From: Candidatus Onthovivens sp.
GTDB taxonomy: Bacteria; Bacillota_I; Bacilli_A; RFN20; CAG-826
NCBI GenBank assembly: GCA_034087725.1
Contig: JAXDXW010000004.1
Coordinates: 49,422-113,421, forward strand
Reading direction: 5' to 3'
Length of the DNA: 64,000 nt
The position numbers and the translations under genes were made by a program. The notes under the pieces are model-generated. The model worked only from the letters and a program-made list of their open reading frames with translations. It was not told the DNA's origin and did not search any database. Below are positions 29,482 through 38,274 of the stretch, piece after piece (within the stretch, counting starts at the first letter, position 1; every line of letters starts with the position of its first letter).

Positions 29482-29555
29482 CTGGAGCAGGTGACGGGAA
29501 TCGAACCCGCGTATTCAGCTTGGAAGGCTGAAGTTCTACCATTGAACTACACCTG
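29482..29555 (-). tRNA. tRNA-Gly (anticodon UCC), CCA encoded
   Basis: The reverse complement is GCAGGTGTAGTTCAATGGTAGAAC TTCAGC CTTCCAA GCTGAA ... GGGTTCGATTCCCG TCACCTGC T CCA. Acceptor, anticodon and T stems pair canonically, and the anticodon loop is CUUCCAA. Confidence 0.9.
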
Positions 29556-29621
29556 CGTGCTTAAATAATATATCATTATTTTTTTTAAATAACAATACTA
29601 ATTTAAGCAAAATCAAGTTAA

Positions 29622-29933
29622 TTAAAGAGCACTTTTAGCTAAAGATACAAGACTATCTTTAGGCATATATCCTGACTTAATATTTACGATTTTGCCATCT
29701 TTAATTAATACTAATGTAGGTACAGCCCTTATATTAAATTGACCGGCAATTGCTGGAAATTGATCTACATCAACTCCTAAAAATTTAATTTGAGGAAGTT
29801 CATTTGATGCTTCTTCAAATTCAGGCTTTAACATTCTGCAAGGGCCACACCATGTTGCATTAAAGTCAACAAGTGTAATTCCGCTAGAAACAATTTCAGT
29901 AAATTCTTTTTCAGTTTTCAATTCAATAATCAT
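29622..29933 (-). CDS. trxA: Thioredoxin
   Basis: 103-aa protein with the WCGPC active site. Confidence 0.9.
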   Translation of the reverse strand: MIIELKTEKEFTEIVSSGITLVDFNATWCGPCRMLKPEFEEASNELPQIKFLGVDVDQFPAIAGQFNIRAVPTLVLIKDGKIVNIKSGYMPKDSLVSLAKSAL

Positions 29934-29942
29934 AATTTCCTC

Positions 29943-30854
29943 CTATATAAGAAAACATAAATAATAAACGAGAAATATAATTAAAATATGTCCTGGATAG
30001 TATAAATAGAAGAAGTATTTTGAAAAATTGTTTTTCAATCCAGGTTTCCAATTATAAAATAGAACGAATATACCAGCTAGCACCAAGTATGATTCACATC
30101 CGAAATCCATAATTCTTGAAGAAACAAGCGTATTTCTCGTTGCTACATCTATAAAGTAACAAATTATACTGACGAGAACAATTGATATGCAACATATAAG
30201 ATTGCGTCGAAATTTGTATTCATAAGTTTCTTTATAAGCGCTAATTAAACTTTCGTCATTATTTAATCCTATTTTTATATTTTTGTTATATAAATTAATA
30301 AATAGATAAAATAACCAAAATAGTAGAAAACCTAACCGATCATATTGGAGCAAAAAACCATCGTACAAAAAATGAAAATCATTTATAAATTCGTAATTAT
30401 AATATTTAAAGAAAGCACAACCGATAGCGTATAAAAACGGCAAAATAGCTAATGCTTTTATAAATTTATTTTTCTGTATGAATAAAAAATAAGACAAGGC
30501 AATTAAAAATAAATCAAGAAATATATTTCCAATATTCATCATCATTCTTGATATATAACTAGGTAAACCGAATAATGGCGAGTTAATTATTGCTAATCCT
30601 GCCCAAATGATTGCTGCTGAAGTTCCCAATCTTAATAAATATTTCTTGATATTACGCGTATGTAATAAGCCAACATACAAAGTAAAAACAAAAAGAGGAA
30701 AAGCTATTCGGCCAAATATTTGTAAAATAAAATTCACATCATTTGATATTATATTTGCACTTACTAAAAAAAGCGAAATATGAGATATTGTCATAGAAAT
30801 TATGGCAATTATTTTTAAAGTGAATGTATCTAGTTTTAATAATTTTTCTTTCAT
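29943..30854 (-). CDS. TraX-family membrane protein
   Basis: N-terminal LKIIAIISMTISHI matches the TraX LK.iA...M..DHi signature, and the protein is polytopic and hydrophobic. Confidence 0.5.
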   Translation of the reverse strand: MKEKLLKLDTFTLKIIAIISMTISHISLFLVSANIISNDVNFILQIFGRIAFPLFVFTLYVGLLHTRNIKKYLLRLGTSAAIIWAGLAIINSPLFGLPSYISRMMMNIGNIFLDLFLIALSYFLFIQKNKFIKALAILPFLYAIGCAFFKYYNYEFINDFHFLYDGFLLQYDRLGFLLFWLFYLFINLYNKNIKIGLNNDESLISAYKETYEYKFRRNLICCISIVLVSIICYFIDVATRNTLVSSRIMDFGCESYLVLAGIFVLFYNWKPGLKNNFSKYFFYLYYPGHILIIFLVYYLCFLI

Positions 30855-30855
30855 A

Positions 30856-31725
30856 TTATATGTACATTATTTGCACGACACTTATTAAGTTATTTAAGAT
30901 ATGGGCTAAAACGGAATTCTCTAAACCATATTTTTCATATATAAAGCACAGAATAGCACCACTCAAGGCATAAGATGGAAAGTTTATTAATTCATTTATT
31001 AATTGATTTGGAGTGTTAATGCTTGAAAAATTAAAATGAATTAATCCAAAAATTAATGAAACAACTAAATAAGCACCAATTCGATTATGCTTTCGAATAC
31101 TTGAAAAAAGACCTAATCGATATGTTAACTCTTCAACGATAGGACCAACAAAACCTAATATTATTAAGCCTACAGATGGATATTGTTTTATTATCTGCAT
31201 TGTTAAATTTTGATTGTTGCTAATTGTAGCCCCCAAATTTGTCGAAACAAAAGAATATAAAACAGAAAAACTGATTAAGCAAGCAGCTCCGATGATGCCT
31301 GGCACAAAGTTATTAATTCGGACAGTTGTATTCTTTGAAAATTGAGGCAAATATCTGAATAGAAAAAGAAACATTACTAGAAAAGTAGCAGAGTAAGCAA
31401 AGATGTTTATATAAGTTAAGCCATTAATAGATTGCAAGAACTCTTTTGAAGTGGCAGCTTCAATAATGATTTGAGCAAAAAGCTGAAAAATAGTCATTAA
31501 AACAGTTCCTAAAAGAAACAATATAATGTGTTTATGAATTTGGAAAAAATAGCAATTTGTGCCATCAATAATTTCTAATGGAGCTCTTTCCTTTTTAAAA
31601 GACTGTTTAGGCAAATTATCATTTTCAGTATCTTTTATATCTTGAGGATAACCACAAAAAGGGCATATTTTTTTGTCCTTGTCTATTAAAAGTCCACATT
31701 TTTTGCATTTTACTTTTTCTTTCAT
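30856..31725 (-). CDS. CPBP-family (CAAX-like) intramembrane metalloprotease with an N-terminal zinc ribbon
   Basis: CKKCG...CPFCG zinc ribbon, followed by the CPBP motifs EELTYR, FGLIHF and HILNN in TM helices. Confidence 0.75.
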   Translation of the reverse strand: MKEKVKCKKCGLLIDKDKKICPFCGYPQDIKDTENDNLPKQSFKKERAPLEIIDGTNCYFFQIHKHIILFLLGTVLMTIFQLFAQIIIEAATSKEFLQSINGLTYINIFAYSATFLVMFLFLFRYLPQFSKNTTVRINNFVPGIIGAACLISFSVLYSFVSTNLGATISNNQNLTMQIIKQYPSVGLIILGFVGPIVEELTYRLGLFSSIRKHNRIGAYLVVSLIFGLIHFNFSSINTPNQLINELINFPSYALSGAILCFIYEKYGLENSVLAHILNNLISVVQIMYI

Positions 31726-31775
31726 TTCGGTTACCTATTTAATTATTATATAATTAAAAATATAGGTATAACAAG

Positions 31776-32375
31776 ATGAGTTATGAATTAAAAAAAGACA
31801 ACGTTTATCAGCTTGAGGTAGAAAAATCTAAATTCATTTCTTACGCTTTTTTTGTGAAAAACCATGCAGAAGTCCAATATTTTTTAAAAAAACTTGAAAA
31901 AGAACATCAAAAAGCTCGACATATTTGCTATTCCTATGTAATCAATAACCAAATAAAAATGAGTGATGATGGTGAACCAAGCGGCACAGCTGGGAAGCCT
32001 ATTTATAACTCGATTATTATGCATAAGATGAATAATTGTCTTGTTGCGGTGGTTAGATATTTTGGCGGCACATTATTAGGCAGTGGAAGATTGTTAAGAA
32101 CTTATTCTGAATCGGCTTCGCGAGTGTTGGACAGTGCTGAGAAAGTGGAATTAATTAATGAGTTTCTATTCAAAGTAGAATTAACATACGATATATATGA
32201 TAAATTTACTTCTTTTTTGAAGTTTAAGTATTTAACTATCATTAAAAAGTATTTTAATGATAATATAGTCATTGAGTTTTTTTCAAAGGATGATATTGAA
32301 GAAGAAATTCTTAATCAATTCTTTGGAAAAATTAATATTTTAGAGAAATGTATGGTTGAGCACAGAAAGGAATAG
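31776..32375 (+). CDS. yigZ: IMPACT/YigZ-family protein
   Basis: EVEKSKFISY...ARHICYSY...DDGEPSGTAGKPI, the conserved N-terminal IMPACT domain. Confidence 0.8.
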   Translation: MSYELKKDNVYQLEVEKSKFISYAFFVKNHAEVQYFLKKLEKEHQKARHICYSYVINNQIKMSDDGEPSGTAGKPIYNSIIMHKMNNCLVAVVRYFGGTLLGSGRLLRTYSESASRVLDSAEKVELINEFLFKVELTYDIYDKFTSFLKFKYLTIIKKYFNDNIVIEFFSKDDIEEEILNQFFGKINILEKCMVEHRKE

Positions 32376-32378
32376 TAT

Positions 32379-33197
32379 ATGAGCGAATGTAATCATAATT
32401 GCGAATCTTGCGGAGAAAATTGTTCACAAAGAACAATACAAAAAGCAAAAACAAACGAAAAAAGTAAAGTTAAGCATGTTATAGGTATTGTTAGTGGTAA
32501 AGGTGGTGTTGGAAAATCTTTTGTTACATCTTTATTAGCTTCAGGATTGAGGAAAAAAGGACATTCTGTTGGTATTTTAGATGGCGACATTACTGGTCCT
32601 TCAATACCTAAGTCTTTTGACATACACTCTGCAGCGGAAGGAGACGGAGTTCAATATATATACCCAGCGGAAACTACCTCAGGAATAAAAATTATTTCAG
32701 CAAATATGATGTTACCGCATGAAGAAGACCCTATTATTTGGAGAGGAACATTGATTTCTTCATTATTAACCCAATTCTTTTCAGATGTTGTTTGGGGTGA
32801 ACTCGAATATTTATTAATCGATATGCCACCAGGTACAGGGGATGTTCCCTTAACTGCCTTCCAACAATTACCTTTGGATGGTGTTATTATTGTTACTTCA
32901 CCACAGGATTTAGTTTCAATGATTGTAAAAAAACAAATTAATATGGCTAAAATGATGAATGTTCCTATTTTAGGAATTGTTGAAAATATGTCTTATGTAC
33001 TATGTCCAAATTGTAATGAAAAGATTCAAATTTTTGGTGATTCTAAAGTAGAAACTGTTGCTAAACAATATAGTTTAAACGTTTTAGCAAAACTACCTAT
33101 TAGATTAGGCAATAGTAATTTAATTGATAATGGAAAAATAGAAAGTATTGATGTACCTGAATTTTATGAGGTTGTGGAGGCTGTAGAAAAATTATGA
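32379..33197 (+). CDS. apbC: Mrp/ApbC/NBP35-family iron-sulfur cluster carrier ATPase
   Basis: N-terminal Cys-rich segment, deviant Walker A GKGGVGKS, and CPNC near the C-terminus. Confidence 0.85.
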   Translation: MSECNHNCESCGENCSQRTIQKAKTNEKSKVKHVIGIVSGKGGVGKSFVTSLLASGLRKKGHSVGILDGDITGPSIPKSFDIHSAAEGDGVQYIYPAETTSGIKIISANMMLPHEEDPIIWRGTLISSLLTQFFSDVVWGELEYLLIDMPPGTGDVPLTAFQQLPLDGVIIVTSPQDLVSMIVKKQINMAKMMNVPILGIVENMSYVLCPNCNEKIQIFGDSKVETVAKQYSLNVLAKLPIRLGNSNLIDNGKIESIDVPEFYEVVEAVEKL

Positions 33198-34474
33198 TAA
33201 CAGTTAGAGAATTTGCTAAAAGAAGAGAAAAATTATACGCTCAATTAGATGACAATAGCATTACCATATTATTTAGTGGTATTGCTAAAAAATCTAGTGC
33301 TGACGCTGATTATCCATTTGTTGTTAATAAAAATTTCTATTATTTAACAAATATAAAACAAGAAGATAGCGCTCTTTTGATTACGAAAAACGGTGGGTTA
33401 GTTAAAGAATACTTATTTATTTCTGAATATGATGAGGTTAAGGAGAAACGGACAGGAAAAAGGTTAACACCTGCTGAGGCAAGAGCTTATAGTGGAATAA
33501 ATAATGTACTTTTTATAAATAATATAGACGCCCATTTATCCATGCTTTTTGAAGGAAAAGGTGATTTTGAAAATTACACAAAAGTTTATATGGATTTAGA
33601 AGCAGAAAATAAAATTCGTCCTCAAACAAGCACAATTGATTTTAAGAATTCTTTATCGCTAAATTATGATTATCTAGAATTTGAAGATATCTATGAAAAG
33701 ATAATTAGAATGAGAATGGTAAAAAGCGCAGACGAAATTGAAGAATTTAAAGAGGCAATAAGTAAGACTAATATTGGCCTTCAAAATATTATGAGACATA
33801 TAAAACCAGACTTGTATGAATATCAATTATCTAGCTTATTTTTCTACACTATTCAAGATTATGACTATAGTGATTTATCTTTTCCGACAATTTGCGCAAG
33901 CGGTGTAAATGCGACATGCTTGCATTACCCTACCCCTGTATCAAAGATACAAAAAAATGATTTGGTCTTATTTGATTTAGGATGTCAAAACAACATGTAT
34001 TGTGCAGATATTACACGTACATACCCAGCTAGTGGTAAATTTAGTGCTCTTCAAAAAACCATTTATAATATTGTTTTAAAGGCAAATAAGTTAGTCATTG
34101 ATTCTATTAAGCCTGGAATAACTATCGCTGAGTTAAACGAAATTACAATCAATTGCTTGGCTGAAGGATGCTTAAAAGCTAAATTAATTAAAAATCCAAG
34201 CGAGATTTCAAAATATTATTTTCACAATATTTCCCATCATATTGGTTTAGACACACACGATCCTTCTTTAAGACATTTGCCTTTAGAAGCCGGAAATATT
34301 ATTAGTGATGAGCCTGGACTATATTTTAAAGAATTAGGAATCGGGGTTAGAATTGAGGATGATATTTTGGTAACGGAAGACGGAAGTTATAATCTAAGTA
34401 ATCAAATATTAAAAGAGCCTGATGATATTGAAGCAGCAATAGCTTTTTCAAGGAGCCAAAAACATGAAATATAG
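33194..34474 (+). CDS. pepP: Xaa-Pro aminopeptidase (M24B family)
   Basis: Creatinase-type N-terminal domain and M24 metal ligands (DLGCQNNMYCADITRT, HHIGLDTHD, EPGLY, IED). Confidence 0.8.
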   Translation: MITVREFAKRREKLYAQLDDNSITILFSGIAKKSSADADYPFVVNKNFYYLTNIKQEDSALLITKNGGLVKEYLFISEYDEVKEKRTGKRLTPAEARAYSGINNVLFINNIDAHLSMLFEGKGDFENYTKVYMDLEAENKIRPQTSTIDFKNSLSLNYDYLEFEDIYEKIIRMRMVKSADEIEEFKEAISKTNIGLQNIMRHIKPDLYEYQLSSLFFYTIQDYDYSDLSFPTICASGVNATCLHYPTPVSKIQKNDLVLFDLGCQNNMYCADITRTYPASGKFSALQKTIYNIVLKANKLVIDSIKPGITIAELNEITINCLAEGCLKAKLIKNPSEISKYYFHNISHHIGLDTHDPSLRHLPLEAGNIISDEPGLYFKELGIGVRIEDDILVTEDGSYNLSNQILKEPDDIEAAIAFSRSQKHEI

Positions 34475-35084
34475 ATGCAAAGTTTGTGGCGAAATAATTT
34501 CCAGCCCTGTTTTGTGCCCTTTTTGTGGTAGCGGAAGTGATGAAATAGAAAAAATCGAAGAAGATTTATTAGATGATACTTCTGAATCGATTATTGAAGA
34601 AGATGTTGTGGAAGAAACTTTTTCTAATGAAGAAACTATTAAAGAGGAAACGCATCACGAATCTTCGCAAGATGATTTCAACAATATTTTAAATGATGAA
34701 TCCTCTAACGAAGAAGTTAATTCTTATATTTATGAAGATGATGACAAAAAAGATAATGTTATTGATGATTTGGAAGTTCTTAATGAAGATAACTGTGAAT
34801 CTTTAGACGATAAAACTGCAGAAAATGATTTTATAAGAGAAGAAGAAAAAATCTCTCAAATTAGCGAAAACCCTGCAGAACTCGAATATTTTTTCAAAAT
34901 TTTTGGTAATTTGTATTTAAATGACATCGATAAATTTAATAAATTTAAACCTTATTTCGAATATTTTGTTACAGATCGACTAGTTAAATATGGAAAAAAT
35001 TTTGATATTAATTCAGTAAATGAAAATGATTTTGGTGAATTTTTTAAAACCATTTTAAATCAAATTAAAGGTATCAATAAATGA
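34464..35084 (+). CDS. Hypothetical acidic protein with an N-terminal rubredoxin-like zinc ribbon
   Basis: CKVCG...CPFCG followed by a D/E-rich segment. It overlaps the pepP stop and the downstream gene start, and it contains repeat copy f. Confidence 0.45.
   Translation: MKYRCKVCGEIISSPVLCPFCGSGSDEIEKIEEDLLDDTSESIIEEDVVEETFSNEETIKEETHHESSQDDFNNILNDESSNEEVNSYIYEDDDKKDNVIDDLEVLNEDNCESLDDKTAENDFIREEEKISQISENPAELEYFFKIFGNLYLNDIDKFNKFKPYFEYFVTDRLVKYGKNFDINSVNENDFGEFFKTILNQIKGINK
34867..34894 (+). repeat. Copy f of the dispersed repeat (intragenic)
   Basis: GAAAACCCTGCAGAACTCGAATATTTTTT encodes ENPAELEYFF. Confidence 0.65.
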
Positions 35085-35917
35085 ATTTTACTGATTTAAT
35101 AATAGTTTTGGTAGTTTCTATTTTGTGCCTTTTAATCGTGCTTGGAATCTATTTTGCGTATAAAAATAATCCGTGTGGTATTTGCTCAGAAGCAAGTAGA
35201 TGTTCGAAAAAAAAGCGAGCAAAGCCATCATTAGTTAAAAATTATTACAAATGTTATGGACATCATAAAAAAATCCAAAATATATTTTTAGATTTTAACG
35301 GAACAATTTTAGATGATTTAGATTTATGTCATAAAATTTTGAATGAGTTATGTCAAATAGCTAACATTCCACCTATTTCTGTGGAAGAATATATAAAAAT
35401 TTTTGGATTTCCAGTTAAAAATTATTATGAAAGTGTTGGTTTTGATTTTAATAAAATGCCTTATTCTTTTATATCCGAGCACTTTAATAATAACTATTCT
35501 AAAAGATGGAGAAAAGAGACCAAATTATTCAAAAATTTTAAGAAATATATAAAAAAATTGAAAGCTGAAGGTTTTCAAATTTATATCATCACAGCAAGCG
35601 AAACAGAACTTGTTAATGCTCAACTTAAATATTTTAAAATTGATAAGTTTTTTGATGGTATTGCTTCATCAAGTAATAAAGAAGCTAATGGAAAGTTAGA
35701 GTATACTCTCGATTTTATTAAAAAGAATAACATTAATATATCTAAAACCATTATGATGGGAGATACACTCCACGACGCAGAAGTTGCAAGAAAAATAGGG
35801 GTTAACTGTGTTTTATTTTCGAAAGGACATAATGATATAGATAGATTAAATTCGACAGGTTTACCTGTTTTTAGTTCTTACTCTGAATTCTATAACTATA
35901 TCGAAGAAAATAGATAA
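35081..35917 (+). CDS. HAD-superfamily hydrolase with an N-terminal membrane anchor
   Basis: HAD motif I LDFNGTILDD and motif IV GDTLHD, plus one N-terminal TM helix. Confidence 0.65.
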   Translation: MNFTDLIIVLVVSILCLLIVLGIYFAYKNNPCGICSEASRCSKKKRAKPSLVKNYYKCYGHHKKIQNIFLDFNGTILDDLDLCHKILNELCQIANIPPISVEEYIKIFGFPVKNYYESVGFDFNKMPYSFISEHFNNNYSKRWRKETKLFKNFKKYIKKLKAEGFQIYIITASETELVNAQLKYFKIDKFFDGIASSSNKEANGKLEYTLDFIKKNNINISKTIMMGDTLHDAEVARKIGVNCVLFSKGHNDIDRLNSTGLPVFSSYSEFYNYIEENR

Positions 35918-35980
35918 AATGAAACAATTAAATATAAAATAGAAGTATTTTATATTTTATTTTTCGGTTATAATTTTTAT

Positions 35981-37546
35981 ATGAACAAAACTAAAAGGCC
36001 CGGATTTAGATTTTATATAGTTCTTTTGATGTTTTGTCTTGAGACTATATTAGTTATATGTATTTTATTATTGGCATCATTATTTCCTTTTGCAGTGAAT
36101 TATTTTTGGATACCTTTTTTAGTTTATATTATTGTGAATTCTTTAAATGCATTATTTATTATCAATACCAATGTAAATACTGCTTTTAGATTGTCTTGGA
36201 TAACGATTACTATAATTTTTCCTTTTGCAGGATTGATTATATATTGGCTATACGCCGATAAAATCACTACAAAAAAAATGAAAAAGATTAGATTTTCAAC
36301 GATTAATTCGGAATTAGGTAAAGGATTAGTAATTAAAAACGACGTTTTGAATAATATTCAAATTGAAAATCAAGACGCTTACGCTATATCGAATTATATT
36401 TTAAGAAATAGTTTCTCAGCACCTTATCAAAATTCAAGTTTAGAATACTTTTCTATGGGTGATTATGTTGTTGAATCCATGCTTGAAGAACTAAAAAAAG
36501 CTAAAAAGTTTATTTTTATGGAATATTTCATAATTGAGTATGGTTCATTTTTTGATTCAATATATGAAATTTTAAAAGAAAAGGCTAAAGAAGGTTTAGA
36601 TGTGCGTTTAATATACGATGATTTTGGTAGTATTTTCAAAATTAATGCAAATTTTTACAAAAAAGCTATTAAAGACGGAATTAAATGTTATTCATTTAAT
36701 AGATGTAGACCTTTTATGGATATTCGTCAAAATAATCGTGATCACCGTAAAATGATTATCATTGATGGAGTTTGTGCCTTTACTGGAGGCATGAATATTG
36801 CAGACGAATATATTAATAAAGTTGAAAGATTTGGTTTGCGGAAAGATAACTGCCTTATGATTAAAGGGGAGGCTGTTAATGGCTTCACAAATCTGTTCTT
36901 ATCGAATCGGAAACTTTTAGAAAGAGACAAAGAAATTAATCATCTTTTATACACATATGAATCTAATAAATGCTTAAGAGAAGAAAATATTATAAGCGAC
37001 GGATTTATACAGCCTTTCGGTGATGTTCCTTTTGACAATGAAGAGACTGCAAGAAATGTTTTGCTTCAATTAATAAGTAGAGCAAAGAAATCTATATATA
37101 TTTCAACGCCATATCTTGTGCCAGATGACGACCTTATTAGTGCTCTAATTAATGCATCGAAGAGTGGAATCGATGTAAAAATTATTACTCCTGGTATACC
37201 TGATAAGAAAGTGTGTTACAGTCTCACAAGATCTTATTATGGAAAATTAGCTTTTTATGGTATAAAAATTTATGAATATACTCCCGGATTTAATCATACT
37301 AAGTTATATGTAATAGATGATAAGTTTGCAGTAACAGGTACTGTAAATTTTGACTTCAGATCATTATATTTGCACTTTGAAAATGCTGTATTTTTATATG
37401 CTAATAGTAAAGTCGCAAATATGAAAGAAGACTTATTAAATATGGTTGAAATTTCTAAAAAAATTGACGATGACAAATATATAAACGTTGGAATTTTTAA
37501 GAAGTTGTATTGGTCAATTCTTAAAATTTTTGCTCCATTGTTTTAG
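35981..37546 (+). CDS. cls: Cardiolipin synthase
   Basis: N-terminal TM helices and two HKD motifs (HRKMIIIDG..., HTKLYVIDD...). Confidence 0.85.
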   Translation: MNKTKRPGFRFYIVLLMFCLETILVICILLLASLFPFAVNYFWIPFLVYIIVNSLNALFIINTNVNTAFRLSWITITIIFPFAGLIIYWLYADKITTKKMKKIRFSTINSELGKGLVIKNDVLNNIQIENQDAYAISNYILRNSFSAPYQNSSLEYFSMGDYVVESMLEELKKAKKFIFMEYFIIEYGSFFDSIYEILKEKAKEGLDVRLIYDDFGSIFKINANFYKKAIKDGIKCYSFNRCRPFMDIRQNNRDHRKMIIIDGVCAFTGGMNIADEYINKVERFGLRKDNCLMIKGEAVNGFTNLFLSNRKLLERDKEINHLLYTYESNKCLREENIISDGFIQPFGDVPFDNEETARNVLLQLISRAKKSIYISTPYLVPDDDLISALINASKSGIDVKIITPGIPDKKVCYSLTRSYYGKLAFYGIKIYEYTPGFNHTKLYVIDDKFAVTGTVNFDFRSLYLHFENAVFLYANSKVANMKEDLLNMVEISKKIDDDKYINVGIFKKLYWSILKIFAPLF

Positions 37547-37554
37547 GAGAGAAT

Positions 37555-38274
37555 ATGGAAGAAGAAAGAGAGTTAATAGTCCGCAATATTAAAAAAGTAT
37601 ACGGTAATAGTAAGAAAAATGAAGCGGAAGTTGTTGCACTAAAGGATGCGACTTTCTCAATAGCTAAAGGTGAATTAGTAGTTATTTTAGGTCCTAGCGG
37701 TGCTGGGAAAACCACATTATTGAATATTTTAGGTGGTATGGATAATGCTAGCAGTGGCGAATATATTTTAAATGGTCAAAATGTTACCAAAATGAACGAA
37801 AAACAATTAGGTAAGTTTAGGAGACAAGATATCGGATTTGTTTTTCAATTTTATAATTTAATGCCTTCCTTAACAGCTTATGAAAATGTATATTTAGCAA
37901 GTTCGTTAGTTCAAAAGCATTTTGATCCTATGGATGTTTTAAAGCTTGTAGGGTTAGAAGAAAGAGCCAATAATTTTCCATCTCAATTAAGTGGAGGAGA
38001 ACAGCAAAGAGTAGCAATCGCACGAGCGATTGTTAAAAATCCTACTCTTATTTTAGCTGATGAACCAACAGGCGCCTTGGATAGCAAAACTGGTGCTTCC
38101 ATCATTTCTTTATTAAAGAATATATGTAAAGAACAGAAAAAAACTGTAATTATTGTTACTCACAATAAGGCTATAAGTGTTATTGCAGATAGAATAATAA
38201 AAGTACAAGATGGAAAAATTGTATCAAATTTACGCGTCTTGCATCCAAAAAATGTCGAGGAAATTGAACGGTGA
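37555..38274 (+). CDS. ABC transporter ATP-binding protein (MacB/LolD-type)
   Basis: Walker A GPSGAGKTT, signature LSGGEQQR and Walker B ILADEP. The stop overlaps the start of the permease gene. Confidence 0.85.
   Translation: MEEERELIVRNIKKVYGNSKKNEAEVVALKDATFSIAKGELVVILGPSGAGKTTLLNILGGMDNASSGEYILNGQNVTKMNEKQLGKFRRQDIGFVFQFYNLMPSLTAYENVYLASSLVQKHFDPMDVLKLVGLEERANNFPSQLSGGEQQRVAIARAIVKNPTLILADEPTGALDSKTGASIISLLKNICKEQKKTVIIVTHNKAISVIADRIIKVQDGKIVSNLRVLHPKNVEEIER

Noticed and set aside
36091-36240. Two partial matches to the repeat core (CCTTTTGCAG) inside cls
   Set aside because: Both encode the peptide FPFA in transmembrane helices of Cls and lack the flanking A-run and ATTATTTTTT tail. 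They are probably protein-level coincidence.
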